64,000 nucleotides of DNA, from NCBI GenBank assembly GCA_034188985.1, contig JAXHVT010000033.1:43190-107189 (forward strand). Reading direction: 5' to 3'. Position 1 is the stretch's first letter; every line of letters starts with the position of its first letter. This document shows positions 1-9,624 of the stretch, piece after piece. A model generated the notes under the pieces. It was not told where the DNA came from, made no database searches, and was given only the letters and a program-made list of their open reading frames with translations. A program made the translations under genes and the position numbers. Origin of the DNA: Actinomycetota bacterium (lineage in GTDB: Bacteria; Actinomycetota; Geothermincolia; Geothermincolales; RBG-13-55-18).

Positions 1-182
1 CGGCTTCCATCTCCTTATTCACCCTAGCCGTCATCGCGCGTTCTCGACCGGACGTTACTATGGTACATAAGTGAAGGCCGGAAAACCATAGACGACCGGA
101 GTATTCAGGGAAACGCTCATCGCCCTGGTGGGGTCTTTCGAACGCCGTATCGGCCTTCCCGGTCTTCTGGCAGTCACGGCGA

Positions 183-2189
183 TCAAGTGGGGGGTTGGCC
201 GGTCCTTTTCTGGTGTTTTCTCATGGAGAGAAATACCAGGGACAGGAGAAAAAGGACCAGGATACTGAGTAACACCAGCACCAGCCAGGTACGTTGGGAG
301 GAGATAACGATCTCGAACTGGATGGAGTAGGTGCCGGGTATATTCTCGTAATCGGGATAGGACGAGCTTATGATGACCTCGACGATATAGGTACCGCTGG
401 TCTTGCCCTCCAGTTCCCAGGAGACCGTGTATGTGGAGCCGGGCTGCAGGTTGCCCAGGCTCATGTCCTTTTCGCTCAGTGTCGCCAGTTTCAAGCCGCT
501 TCCGTTGGTGAGAACCAGCCGCGCCTGGGCGTTGGGCAGGGCGCGCATGCCACTTACCACGATCTCCACGTCCAGGTCCAGGGGAACGTTCACCTCCGCC
601 CTCGGCTCCCCGGTGATGATGTCCACGTCCAGGTAGGAGTGGAGGTTATCCATGAGATGGTAAAGCGCTTCTTTCTGAGGGGAATAGACCTCGAGCGATC
701 CGCGGTCCTCCAGCTTGGAAAGGTCCGTTTCGGACTCCTCGCCGTCCTCGCCTTCTATTGGAACGCGGGCCAGGCCGAGATTGAAACACAGCGGTGAAGA
801 GGCGCCGTTGCCCTCGTAGGCCCAGTCCGTCGCGGAGCCGGGGAAGGGGTTGGCGGGTATGCCGACGCGGGTTGGATAGGGAAATATCTCCGTGAGCTCC
901 GACAGTATGCTCTCGTACAGGGACTTCTCCGGGTTGGAGCCGGAATTGGTTTTCCAGTTCCAGGGTGCGAGCAACGAGTTCGTTCCGGTCTGGAGGTTGA
1001 CGTAGAGGCTGACCGGTGTATCGTCCAGCAGGTCGCGTATAGCCTGGCTTTCCGTTTCGGAGAAGGCCTCCTTGCCCGCGTAACCGGCCGAGGCCGGGTT
1101 CTTGTCGCCATCCTGCCATTGGATATCGAAATTGTGATTTAGAAATACCAGGTTGCCGTTGCGCGGTGCCTGGTTCTTGAAGACGGCGCTTTCCGCCGGA
1201 TCGGGCATGGCCAGCCATCTCTGTAGCCCATCCGGATTCACCAGCGGCACCACGTAGATGTCCAGTCTCTTCAAGAGCTCGGCGAACTCGTCGTCCTCTT
1301 GCGCTCTCTCCCCCAGCTCGTCCAGTAGGTCCAGCAGGAAATCGCTGCCCTCGGGGGCGTTGCCCTCCAGGGCGGCGGTCAGAAGTATGGAACGCTTCTT
1401 CTCCGTGGAGGTGAAGTCGGCGAGGTGGGCCAGCCATATATCCCGGCCCCTCATGCTTTTGCCCAAAGAGCTTGCCTCCATCAGGTCGGGATAGCTTTCG
1501 GCCAAGCTCTCTAGCCTCTCTCCCACTTCGACGTCGTCGGGGTAGTACCCCCACAGAGGGTACTGGGCCAGCATATTTGTGTCCTCTATCTCCAGCTTCT
1601 CGCCGTTTTCTCTCTGCATGCGGAATACCAGTCCGGTGCGTTTCTCCGCCAGAACCTCGATGCCTTCTCCCCGCATCAGTTCGGTGGTGTACTTGTTCTC
1701 CCTGAAATCGTACTCGCTCTCTTCCTCCACTATCAGGTTGATTTCGTCCTCCACGGTGATCTCGTCGTCAATGCCCGGGCGGGCGGGAACCCAGTAGGGC
1801 CAGAAACCCAGCATCTGCCCCTCTTGGTTGTGGTAGAGGCGGTCCTTGGTCTGCAGCGTGTAACTCTGCAAGGATACCGTCCGTTGTTCGGTGTCCAGTT
1901 CCTCGACGTCGGCCTGGAGAAGGATCCCGTCCTGCGGGATTTCGGGAGCGAAATTATAGGTGACACGAACGAAAAATGCCTGGGGATTTGGTTGATCGGG
2001 CAAGGTCCTTTCACCCCGGTAGAGCACCCATGATCCCGCAGCGGGATCTATAGGGCCGGTGCGGATGTCGTTGCTTCCCTCATCCTCTTCCTGGGCGATG
2101 GAAGCTGGGCATAGGGCCAGCATTAGAAGCAAGCCGCTGATAACAAGGACCACCCATAGCCGTGAAAACGGTTTCCTTTTCCCTATCAA
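183..2189 (-). CDS. Membrane-anchored M14 carboxypeptidase-like protein, probably catalytically inactive
   Basis: 668-aa ORF with an N-terminal signal/TM segment (LWVVLVISGLLLMLALCPA). M14-type blocks are present: DIYVVPLVNPDG, LNHNF, SATDWAY. There is a C-terminal TM helix plus a basic tail. Zinc and catalytic positions look substituted (see finding). Confidence 0.6.
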   Translation of the reverse strand: MIGKRKPFSRLWVVLVISGLLLMLALCPASIAQEEDEGSNDIRTGPIDPAAGSWVLYRGERTLPDQPNPQAFFVRVTYNFAPEIPQDGILLQADVEELDTEQRTVSLQSYTLQTKDRLYHNQEGQMLGFWPYWVPARPGIDDEITVEDEINLIVEEESEYDFRENKYTTELMRGEGIEVLAEKRTGLVFRMQRENGEKLEIEDTNMLAQYPLWGYYPDDVEVGERLESLAESYPDLMEASSLGKSMRGRDIWLAHLADFTSTEKKRSILLTAALEGNAPEGSDFLLDLLDELGERAQEDDEFAELLKRLDIYVVPLVNPDGLQRWLAMPDPAESAVFKNQAPRNGNLVFLNHNFDIQWQDGDKNPASAGYAGKEAFSETESQAIRDLLDDTPVSLYVNLQTGTNSLLAPWNWKTNSGSNPEKSLYESILSELTEIFPYPTRVGIPANPFPGSATDWAYEGNGASSPLCFNLGLARVPIEGEDGEESETDLSKLEDRGSLEVYSPQKEALYHLMDNLHSYLDVDIITGEPRAEVNVPLDLDVEIVVSGMRALPNAQARLVLTNGSGLKLATLSEKDMSLGNLQPGSTYTVSWELEGKTSGTYIVEVIISSSYPDYENIPGTYSIQFEIVISSQRTWLVLVLLSILVLFLLSLVFLSMRKHQKRTGQPPT

Positions 2190-2330
2190 GCTTACCCCTT
2201 TCTCGTCGAGTTAGAGACTAGAGAACATTATACTAGAGACGGGTGCCGCGACGGCCTTAGTTCCTGAATCCCGTAATGATGATAGCAGGAGGAAAGGCAG
2301 GCCCGAAAGCGGGAACGTAAAGGAGGAGAG

Positions 2331-3122
2331 ATGAAGACGAGAGGAGCACGGGTATATCTGGTTGTGTCGATATGCCTGATATTCGCGGCTGTCCCGGCGT
2401 TTACAACCGGGTGCGGCGATTCGGACGAGGTTGTCTCGGAGGAGGGATGGGAATACATTACACAGGACTCCGGAGATGATTTCGGAGAGGATGTCCGGGA
2501 GAACAACCTGAAGGGCGGGGAGGGCGTCGTGCATATGTGCGGGCGTTCCGTCCTGGGGGGATGGTTCGAATACTGGGGCTGGGATTGGGACTATGAACAG
2601 CCGGAGCATTTCGAGGGCTACGAGCTCTACTACCACGAGATGGAGGTTCCGCCGGATATAGTCTACAGTGCCGAAGAGGTAGCCGCGGAGCTGGCGGGAT
2701 TGGGCGGCGGATGTATGTTCTTCAAGCTTTGCTTCGACGATTTCGAGGGGGGAGACGAGTACACCGCGCGGGAGAACCTGGAGAGAAACGAGGAAATAGT
2801 GCAAAGCGTAGTCGATTTCGCCGTGGATGAAATGGGGCTGACCCTTATCCTGGGCAACGCCTTACCCGTTGTCGAGGAGTATTGCGACCGCTGGATGGTA
2901 TGGAACCAGCGGGAATACAACAGCTTTCTGGAGGGCTTGAGCCGCGAATACGGCGACAAGGTAGTGGTCCTGGATCTCTACGGCACCCTGGCGGACGGCG
3001 AGGGCTGCCTGCGGTCGGAGTACGCCGCTGACGAGTACGATTCACATCTCAACGCCTCCGCTTACTCCGCCCTGAACGAGAAGCTCGAGGAGACACTCGA
3101 TAACCTGCTGGCCGCGCCTTGA
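2331..3122 (+). CDS. Probable lipoprotein, SGNH/GDSL-hydrolase-like
   Basis: 263 aa. Signal peptide ends in ...FTTGC. SGNH-like blocks: HMCGRSV, LILGNALP, and a C-terminal DEYDSHLNASAY that resembles the DxxH block. Assignment is by motif only. Confidence 0.5.
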   Translation: MKTRGARVYLVVSICLIFAAVPAFTTGCGDSDEVVSEEGWEYITQDSGDDFGEDVRENNLKGGEGVVHMCGRSVLGGWFEYWGWDWDYEQPEHFEGYELYYHEMEVPPDIVYSAEEVAAELAGLGGGCMFFKLCFDDFEGGDEYTARENLERNEEIVQSVVDFAVDEMGLTLILGNALPVVEEYCDRWMVWNQREYNSFLEGLSREYGDKVVVLDLYGTLADGEGCLRSEYAADEYDSHLNASAYSALNEKLEETLDNLLAAP

Positions 3123-3152
3123 TTCCGCGGCGGACTATGTCAGCAGGGCGGA

Positions 3153-3779
3153 CTACCTGTATATGAGGCTTTCGTCGCGCTCCAAGGTCTCGGGAAGGCC
3201 TGTGTGACCCCAGAAATCCTCGATATGGCGACCATCCACCTCACCACTCTGTTTCCCCTCGACCAGGAGCCTTACCTCTTCGATGCCCTCCAGCCCGGTA
3301 AGGGTGTCGGCGATGGTGGCCAGCGCCAGCACCTCTCCCCTGGCCCCGAAACCTACCTCCGAGGAGTCGGTTATTATCTCCTTGCTGACGTCTACGGTGC
3401 ATACGCCGTCCTCCACGCTTACATCCAGAACCTGGGTGGTACCGGGCAGAACCGGCATCAGCTCGGAGCCTTCGCCGGGTCCCTTGATCAGCTCCTCCAT
3501 GGCGGCCAGGGGGGCGTCCGCGGTGTAGACCGTCCTCTCCTCGGGGGCCAAGTACTCCTCGCCCTCGATATAGAGACGGAAATACAGGGTCAGTGATACC
3601 TCCTCTTCAGCGTCCCGCCCGTCCTCGGCGTTATCTTCCTCCATCTCCTCCTCGGCCTCGCCGCCACTGGTGTCCGCTTTCTCGCATCCCGTGCCCAGGA
3701 GTACGGTCAGCAGCAGGAACGAGACGAGGACAAAGGTAAGAAACGCCGTTCCGCGGCCATTGCCCTTGCGCATATGCAT
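3153..3779 (-). CDS. GerMN-domain lipoprotein
   Basis: 208 aa. Signal peptide ends in LLGTGC, followed by an acidic linker. The GerMN-like core is LTLYFRLY...APEERTV...PLAAMEELIKGP...VLPGTTQVLDVSVEDGVCTVDVSKE. Confidence 0.65.
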   Translation of the reverse strand: MHMRKGNGRGTAFLTFVLVSFLLLTVLLGTGCEKADTSGGEAEEEMEEDNAEDGRDAEEEVSLTLYFRLYIEGEEYLAPEERTVYTADAPLAAMEELIKGPGEGSELMPVLPGTTQVLDVSVEDGVCTVDVSKEIITDSSEVGFGARGEVLALATIADTLTGLEGIEEVRLLVEGKQSGEVDGRHIEDFWGHTGLPETLERDESLIYR

Positions 3780-4195
3780 CAGCTCCTTAACCTTCAGACC
3801 ATCCCGGGTTTGTTCGTGTTCCCCCGGGGAAATCCGATAATCATTCTTTCCTTCCCCGCCGCCTTTCTCCCTTCCGACGCCGGGATTATTATTTATACTA
3901 CGCCTGCGTGGATATGCCCGGAGAGACGCGGGTGACGCGGCGCTTGCCGGGAAAAGAGCTGGTAGTCAAGTAGCCGGCGAGCCCTTGGACAATGCGAGCC
4001 ACCCGATAACCATACTTCATGGCTTTGGGCTCCGTATTCGACTATGAAAACGATAGCGTTAATGATAGCGTTAATCGATAAAGCCGAGGTTGCCGATTTC
4101 CGATAGTGTGATTGGCTTGACTTACAAGGGATAGCACGCCGTCGCCAGCGTATTCTAAGGAGGCGCTCGAGTACCGGAGAGCGAGAGGAGCGGAT

Positions 4196-4882
4196 TTGGA
4201 AACCAAAGAGCCCGACGAGAAAGAAAAGGAAGAGGCCTCCGAGGAAGAGAACAGCTTCTTCGGGAGGATACATGGGGAATGGGTGGAGATTCTGGCCGCC
4301 ATCCTGCTGGCCCTGGCCGTAGTGACCTCGGCTTGGAGCGCTTATCAGGCGTCGCTATGGGGCAGCGAGGAGGCCAGGAAATTCAACGATGCCAACGCCG
4401 ACAGGGTTCATGCCTCGGAGCAGGCCGACCAGGCCGACCAGGATCTCGGCATCGACACCGATCTGTTCGTCGACTACATGGCACTTCACCACAAGGGTGA
4501 TACGACGGGGATCGAGTACTTCGAGAATTACCTCTTCAGCGATGAGCTCAAGGCCGCCGTGGACGCATGGTGGGCTACCGATCCCTTCAATAACCCCGAT
4601 GCCCCTGATACCCCTTTCGATATGCCCGAGTACGGGAACACGCATCTGGACAAGAAGAACGAACTGGAGCAGAATGCGCAAGTTAAGTCCGATGAAGCGA
4701 AGCAGGCGATCAAGCATTCCGATAATTACGTAATGCTTACAGTGCTCTTCGCTTCCGTCCTCTTCTTCGCCGGTATAAGCACTAAGTTCAAGGCCCCGCA
4801 TCTAAGGATTATCATCTTGTGCATCGGCTGGATCCTCTTCGTGGGCTCGGTCGTCATCATGTTCCTTCAACCCGTGCATTGA
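4196..4882 (+). CDS. Hypothetical membrane protein (resembles DUF4337-type proteins)
   Basis: 228 aa. Acidic N-terminus, one TM helix (ILAAILLALAVVTSAW), a helical soluble region and two C-terminal TM helices. Confidence 0.5.
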   Translation: METKEPDEKEKEEASEEENSFFGRIHGEWVEILAAILLALAVVTSAWSAYQASLWGSEEARKFNDANADRVHASEQADQADQDLGIDTDLFVDYMALHHKGDTTGIEYFENYLFSDELKAAVDAWWATDPFNNPDAPDTPFDMPEYGNTHLDKKNELEQNAQVKSDEAKQAIKHSDNYVMLTVLFASVLFFAGISTKFKAPHLRIIILCIGWILFVGSVVIMFLQPVH

Positions 4883-5027
4883 TCCCGGCATGCGCAACGG
4901 AGGTGTCATTGTGGCGAGGCGCGTGTGTAAGGTCTTGGCGCGGGCTTGAAGGTCTACGGCGTTCTATGAAAGAATATGCTCGGCCCTCTCCTCACGGGGG
5001 GAGCTAAAAGGAGGCAATGAACGTACT

Positions 5028-5678
5028 ATGGTGATCGACCTGCATATACATACGAACATATCCTCACCCTGCTCACAGATAGATCCCCGTCAGCTTCTGC
5101 AGGTATCGTCGGAGGTGGGCCTCGACGCCATCTGCGTGACCGAGCACGAGGAGATGGAGGGCGCGGAGTTCACCTGGCGCCTGGGCGGGGAGATGGGCTT
5201 CAAGGTGCTGCGTGGGGTGGAGGTCTACACCGATTTGGGGGACATGCTGGTTTTCGGGCTCTTCCGTCCTCGCTTTCCCCTGCAGATACCTTTCGAGGAT
5301 CTCCTGCGTGATGTCAGGGGCGAGGGCGGGGTTATCATACCCGCCCATCCCTGCCGGGGATCCCTGGGCTTTCACGCCCTCCTGGGGCCGGAGAAGGCGG
5401 ACTTCCTGCTGGATAATATCAACGCGGTGGAAACCCGCAACGGGGGGAGCACCGCCGAGGCCAATGCTGCGGCCGAGGCCATAGCGGTAAGATACGGGCT
5501 TCCCGGGACGGGAGGCAGCGACGCGCATTTCCTGATGCAGGTGGGTCGCTGCCTCACCCTCTTCGAAAGGGAAATAGAGGACGAGGGAGAACTGGTGGAG
5601 GAGATAAAGGCGGGGCGGTGCCGCGCCGCCTACGCCTCGGAGGTCGAGGGCTTGAAGATGCCGCAGCTCTGGAGGTAG
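5028..5678 (+). CDS. PHP-domain metal-dependent phosphoesterase (paralogue 1)
   Basis: 216 aa. PHP motifs: MVIDLHIHTN, CVTEH, IPAHPCRG, GGSDAH. Confidence 0.8.
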   Translation: MVIDLHIHTNISSPCSQIDPRQLLQVSSEVGLDAICVTEHEEMEGAEFTWRLGGEMGFKVLRGVEVYTDLGDMLVFGLFRPRFPLQIPFEDLLRDVRGEGGVIIPAHPCRGSLGFHALLGPEKADFLLDNINAVETRNGGSTAEANAAAEAIAVRYGLPGTGGSDAHFLMQVGRCLTLFEREIEDEGELVEEIKAGRCRAAYASEVEGLKMPQLWR

Positions 5679-5681
5679 AGA

Positions 5682-6314
5682 ATGGTAATCGATCTTCATA
5701 TACACACCAACCTGGGCTCCATATGCTCACAGCTGGGTCCCGACGAGCTGCTGGACAGAGCTCGCGAGCTGGGCATAGATGCCGTGTGCGTAACCGATCA
5801 CCATTCCCACCGTGGCGCGGACAAGATGATAGAATACGCCAGGGACAGCGGCTTTCCTATCTTTAGGGGGGTGGAGATCTACACCGAAATGGGCGATATG
5901 CTGGTATATGGCATGAAACGGGATACCAAGTACCATCTGACCACCTTTGAGGAACTGGTGGAGATGGCCAGCGAGGATGGCGCGGTGATCATACCAGCCC
6001 ACCCCTGCAGGGGCTGGGATCCCAAGCACGCGCACAAACACGAATTCCCCGTCGAGATAGCGGACAGGATAGTAGCCATCGAGACACTGAACGGCGCTAA
6101 TAAGGCCGAGAGCAACGCGTGGGCCACGCGGATCGCCGAGGAACTGGGTTTACCGGGCACCGGAGGCAGCGATGCTCATGCCATCTGGCAGGTAGGCAAG
6201 TGCATCACCGTCTTCGAGAACGATATCCACAGCCAGGAGGAGCTCCTCGCCGAGTTGCGCAAGGGCAATTTCTGTCCCGCCTACCTGGATGATTTGAAGA
6301 AGGACTGCACCTAG
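5682..6314 (+). CDS. PHP-domain metal-dependent phosphoesterase (paralogue 2)
   Basis: 210 aa with the same motif set (MVIDLHIHTN, CVTDHH, IPAHPCRG, GGSDAH). A GGAGG lies 6 nt upstream of the ATG, which sits 3 nt after the stop of paralogue 1. Confidence 0.8.
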   Translation: MVIDLHIHTNLGSICSQLGPDELLDRARELGIDAVCVTDHHSHRGADKMIEYARDSGFPIFRGVEIYTEMGDMLVYGMKRDTKYHLTTFEELVEMASEDGAVIIPAHPCRGWDPKHAHKHEFPVEIADRIVAIETLNGANKAESNAWATRIAEELGLPGTGGSDAHAIWQVGKCITVFENDIHSQEELLAELRKGNFCPAYLDDLKKDCT

Positions 6315-6472
6315 AAGGGCGGGATGGACCTTGTTCCGGGACCTCTTCGGTGGGTGGGAGTGAAGAGATGCGGATGATGCAGCGCCTTCCTCGAAAGGCG
6401 GGGAATGCAATTACGGGTGAACCGCCGAGCATCGCCTGACAACCGGAACCCCATGCTTCACGGCCGAGAGCC

Positions 6473-7015
6473 TTATTTCGTTTTGGTGATACGGAAGCGG
6501 CACCTCTCATCGCCGCGTGGCAGCGACTCCAGGACCTCGATGTTGAAATCCCCGCCCAGGTGGGATATCAGTCCCTTGTACTCGTGCTTGGAACAGCTCT
6601 CCTCGCAGTCTATCCCTATGTGCTTGAAGTACCAATCGTACCAGGGGTCCCTCCGAATAGTAAGGTAACCTGCCTCACCGTCTATCTCCGCATATATCTG
6701 TTTCAGCTTGGGAAGGTAGGCGAGGGATTCGTTGTTGAGCAGCAGGAGAAGCCTCAAGGCGTCTTCCACGGTTGGTTTCAGCTTATATACTCTCACCAGA
6801 CGCCTTCCCGCGCTGCTGCCCACGCCGTGCATGGCGGAGTTGATCAGCTCCTGCAGCTTTTCGGGGGGCATGGAATCCCTGGCGTATTGGGCGATGTCGT
6901 TGAACACGCCCATGAGGGCGGCGTAAAGCGTACGGTACTTATCGTCCACGGACATGGCTGGGCATACCAGTGTTTGCAGTTCGACCACCTCCCAGACCAT
7001 TCTAACACGAGACAT
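6473..7015 (-). CDS. Hypothetical protein, possibly V4R / ATC-hydrolase-like ligand-binding fold
   Basis: 180 aa. The C-terminal ...CEESC...GDERCRFRI pattern is reminiscent of V4R-type domains. Weak, motif-level only. Confidence 0.4.
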   Translation of the reverse strand: MSRVRMVWEVVELQTLVCPAMSVDDKYRTLYAALMGVFNDIAQYARDSMPPEKLQELINSAMHGVGSSAGRRLVRVYKLKPTVEDALRLLLLLNNESLAYLPKLKQIYAEIDGEAGYLTIRRDPWYDWYFKHIGIDCEESCSKHEYKGLISHLGGDFNIEVLESLPRGDERCRFRITKTK

Positions 7016-7228
7016 CGAGCCTGGAATCGATCATGGATTATCCTCGGGTACCGGGGGCAACTGGAATCCAACTCCCTTCTTCGCCGCATGGTTAAGAATA
7101 TCGTCATGGGGAATATTGTTATAGGGAATAGCATTGCCGGGCGATGATCTTCAGGACGTCGACTGGGCCTGACTGCCGAACGGGAAGCCGGTACCTCGAT
7201 ATCGGCAGCACTGTACGGCTGCATTGCT

Positions 7229-9511
7229 ATGGGGTTTCTGGATATGAAGAGAGGAAAACGAGTTCGCCGCTTCCTTTCGAGCCTGCGTTTCAAGCTGCTG
7301 ATCATCGTGGTTATAGTCATCCTTCCTATCTTCGGGCTGGTATTATACGCGGCCTTCGAGCAGAGGCGGGATGATGACGAGGACGCCAGGGAGATCGCCG
7401 TGAGGATGGCCATGGTCGCCCAGACGGAGCAGGAGAACCTCTTCGATGATGCTTACCGACTCCTCTTGGCCCTCTCCCAGCTCCCCGAGCTCGAGGAAGG
7501 AGATTACGCCGCGGTTACCACTTATTTCATGAGGGTCAATGAGGGCTCACCCCGCTATCACAACCTGGGGGTTATAGACGCAAACGGCGATACTCTGGTA
7601 AGTGCCCTGCCGGAGGGGGAGGGGCTGCACCTGTCGGACCGGTTGTTTTACCAGCGCGCCATGGAGACACGCGAGTTCAGTACCGGCGATTTTCAGCTCA
7701 GCCGGGTTAGCGAAACCCCCATACTGGTTTTCGCATATCCCGTCTTGGATGAGGCCGGAGAGGTGAAGATGATAGTGCTCACGTCCCTGAGCCTGGAATG
7801 GTTGAGCGAGTTCATGACCGGCGCGGATCTGCCGCCCGATTCGGTGTTGCTGGTGGTGGATGGAAACGGCGTGGTCCTGGCTTATTATCCGGACCCGCAG
7901 GATTTCATAGGGAAAAGATTTCTGGAGACCCCGCTGGTCGAAACCATCCTCGGCCAGGCTGAAGGCGGGACGGTGAGTGTCAAGGGACTGGACGGGGTCA
8001 GGAGGACGTATACTTATTTCCCGCTGTTCAGCACCGGGGAGGGGGGTGTAGCTTACATGGGCGTGGGTTTCTCCGAGAGCGAGATCTTCTCAGAGGCGAA
8101 CAGGGAGCTTATTCGAAACCTGGTTCTGCTGGGATCGATAACGCTGCTTCTCCTGGCTCTGGCCTGGGTACTGGGTGACGTATTTATTATCAGGCGGTCG
8201 AAGGCGCTTATAGAGATGGCGGAACGCCTGGGTGAGGGAGACCTGGGCGCCCGCTCAGGTCTCCCTTACGATTACGGTGAGCTGGGGCGGCTGGCCCTGT
8301 CGTTCGACGACATGGCCCAATCGCTGGAGGAAAGGGTGAGAGAACGCAGGAAGGTGGAAGGGGAGCTGAGGGAGAGCCGGGCGATGATCGAGCACATCCT
8401 GGATGCAACCCCCAATATAATATATGTCTATGACCTCGAGGAGGGTAGAAGCGTTTACATCAGTCGCAATGTCTACGAGCAACTGGGCTATACTCCACAG
8501 CAGGTCGAGGACATGGGGAACTTGATCGTCGCCAGGCTCGTCCACCCGGACGATCAGGAGATGATGGTTGGATTTTTCGAGAAGTGCCGTGATTTGGGCG
8601 ACGACGAGATAATCGACCTCGAGTATCGTCATGTTACCGAGAACGGTAAGATCCGCTTGTTCTATTCCCGGACCACCGTTTTTTCCAGGGATGAGGAGGG
8701 TCGGGTCCTTCAGGTTCTGAGCGATGTCCAAGATATAACCGAGCGCAAGGAAGCGGAGGACGAGGTCAGGCGTCTCAACATCGAACTGGAGAGGCGAGTG
8801 GTGGAGCGCACCGCCCAGCTCGAGGACGCCATCCGGGAGCTGGAGGCTTTCAGCTACTCAGTTTCCCACGATCTGCGAGCTCCTCTGAGAGCTATGGAGG
8901 GGTTCAGCAGTGCGCTGTTGGAGGATTACTCCGATTCCCTGGACGAGCAGGGGAGGGATTACTTCAACCGGGTGGGGGAGGCCAGCCGGAAGATGTCGCG
9001 GCTCATCGACGACATTCTGGAGCTGTCCAGGGTGGCCAAGTTCGAGATGCGGTTGGAGGAAGTGGACCTGAGCGGCTTGACCGCGGAGATCACCGGGGAG
9101 CTCGAGGGCGGAGCCCCCGGGCGTAGCGTGGAATTTGATATCCAGCCGGGTCTGACATCGTTGGGGGATCCCAGGCTGCTCCGGATAGCCCTGGAGAACC
9201 TCCTGAACAACGCCTTTAAATTCACCCGGGGCGTGCCGGAGGCGGCTATCGAATTCAGCGCTGAGGTGCGAGGGGAAGAGAGGATCTATTACATCAGGGA
9301 TAATGGCGTTGGCTTCGATATGGATTACGCCGACAAGCTCTTCCACGCTTTTCAACGCCTACACACCGAGGAGGAATTCCCCGGCGTCGGAGTCGGGTTG
9401 GCCACCGTGCAGCGCATCATCCGTCGGCACGGTGGGGAGATATGGGCTGAAAGCGAGGTGGGAAGGGGAGCTACCTTCTATTTCACGCTGTCATCGGGTC
9501 GGGCATCCTGA
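7229..9511 (+). CDS. Sensor histidine kinase (TM - Cache-like - TM - HAMP - PAS - HisKA - HATPase)
   Basis: 760 aa with two TM helices flanking a sensor region of about 270 aa. PAS segment ILDATPNIIYVYDLEEG. H-box FSYSVSHDLRAPLRAM. N/G boxes LLNNAFKF, DNGVGF, GVGVGLATV. Confidence 0.85.
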   Translation: MGFLDMKRGKRVRRFLSSLRFKLLIIVVIVILPIFGLVLYAAFEQRRDDDEDAREIAVRMAMVAQTEQENLFDDAYRLLLALSQLPELEEGDYAAVTTYFMRVNEGSPRYHNLGVIDANGDTLVSALPEGEGLHLSDRLFYQRAMETREFSTGDFQLSRVSETPILVFAYPVLDEAGEVKMIVLTSLSLEWLSEFMTGADLPPDSVLLVVDGNGVVLAYYPDPQDFIGKRFLETPLVETILGQAEGGTVSVKGLDGVRRTYTYFPLFSTGEGGVAYMGVGFSESEIFSEANRELIRNLVLLGSITLLLLALAWVLGDVFIIRRSKALIEMAERLGEGDLGARSGLPYDYGELGRLALSFDDMAQSLEERVRERRKVEGELRESRAMIEHILDATPNIIYVYDLEEGRSVYISRNVYEQLGYTPQQVEDMGNLIVARLVHPDDQEMMVGFFEKCRDLGDDEIIDLEYRHVTENGKIRLFYSRTTVFSRDEEGRVLQVLSDVQDITERKEAEDEVRRLNIELERRVVERTAQLEDAIRELEAFSYSVSHDLRAPLRAMEGFSSALLEDYSDSLDEQGRDYFNRVGEASRKMSRLIDDILELSRVAKFEMRLEEVDLSGLTAEITGELEGGAPGRSVEFDIQPGLTSLGDPRLLRIALENLLNNAFKFTRGVPEAAIEFSAEVRGEERIYYIRDNGVGFDMDYADKLFHAFQRLHTEEEFPGVGVGLATVQRIIRRHGGEIWAESEVGRGATFYFTLSSGRAS

Positions 9512-9624
9512 GAGGCGCGTGACGGGGGCACGCGGAGGAAAGGGATATATGGTGAAAGGTGGGCCGTGATCGCAGCAGTACCTGGCGGGGTGTCCATCCC
9601 GATGAGCTGGAGGGAGGTGTGATT

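Noticed and set aside
5017-5034. Five-codon uORF (MNVLW*) whose stop overlaps the start of the first PHP gene.
   Set aside because: The AAGGAGG (5008-5014) is only 2 nt from this ATG, which is too close for initiation. It more plausibly serves the PHP ATG at 5028.
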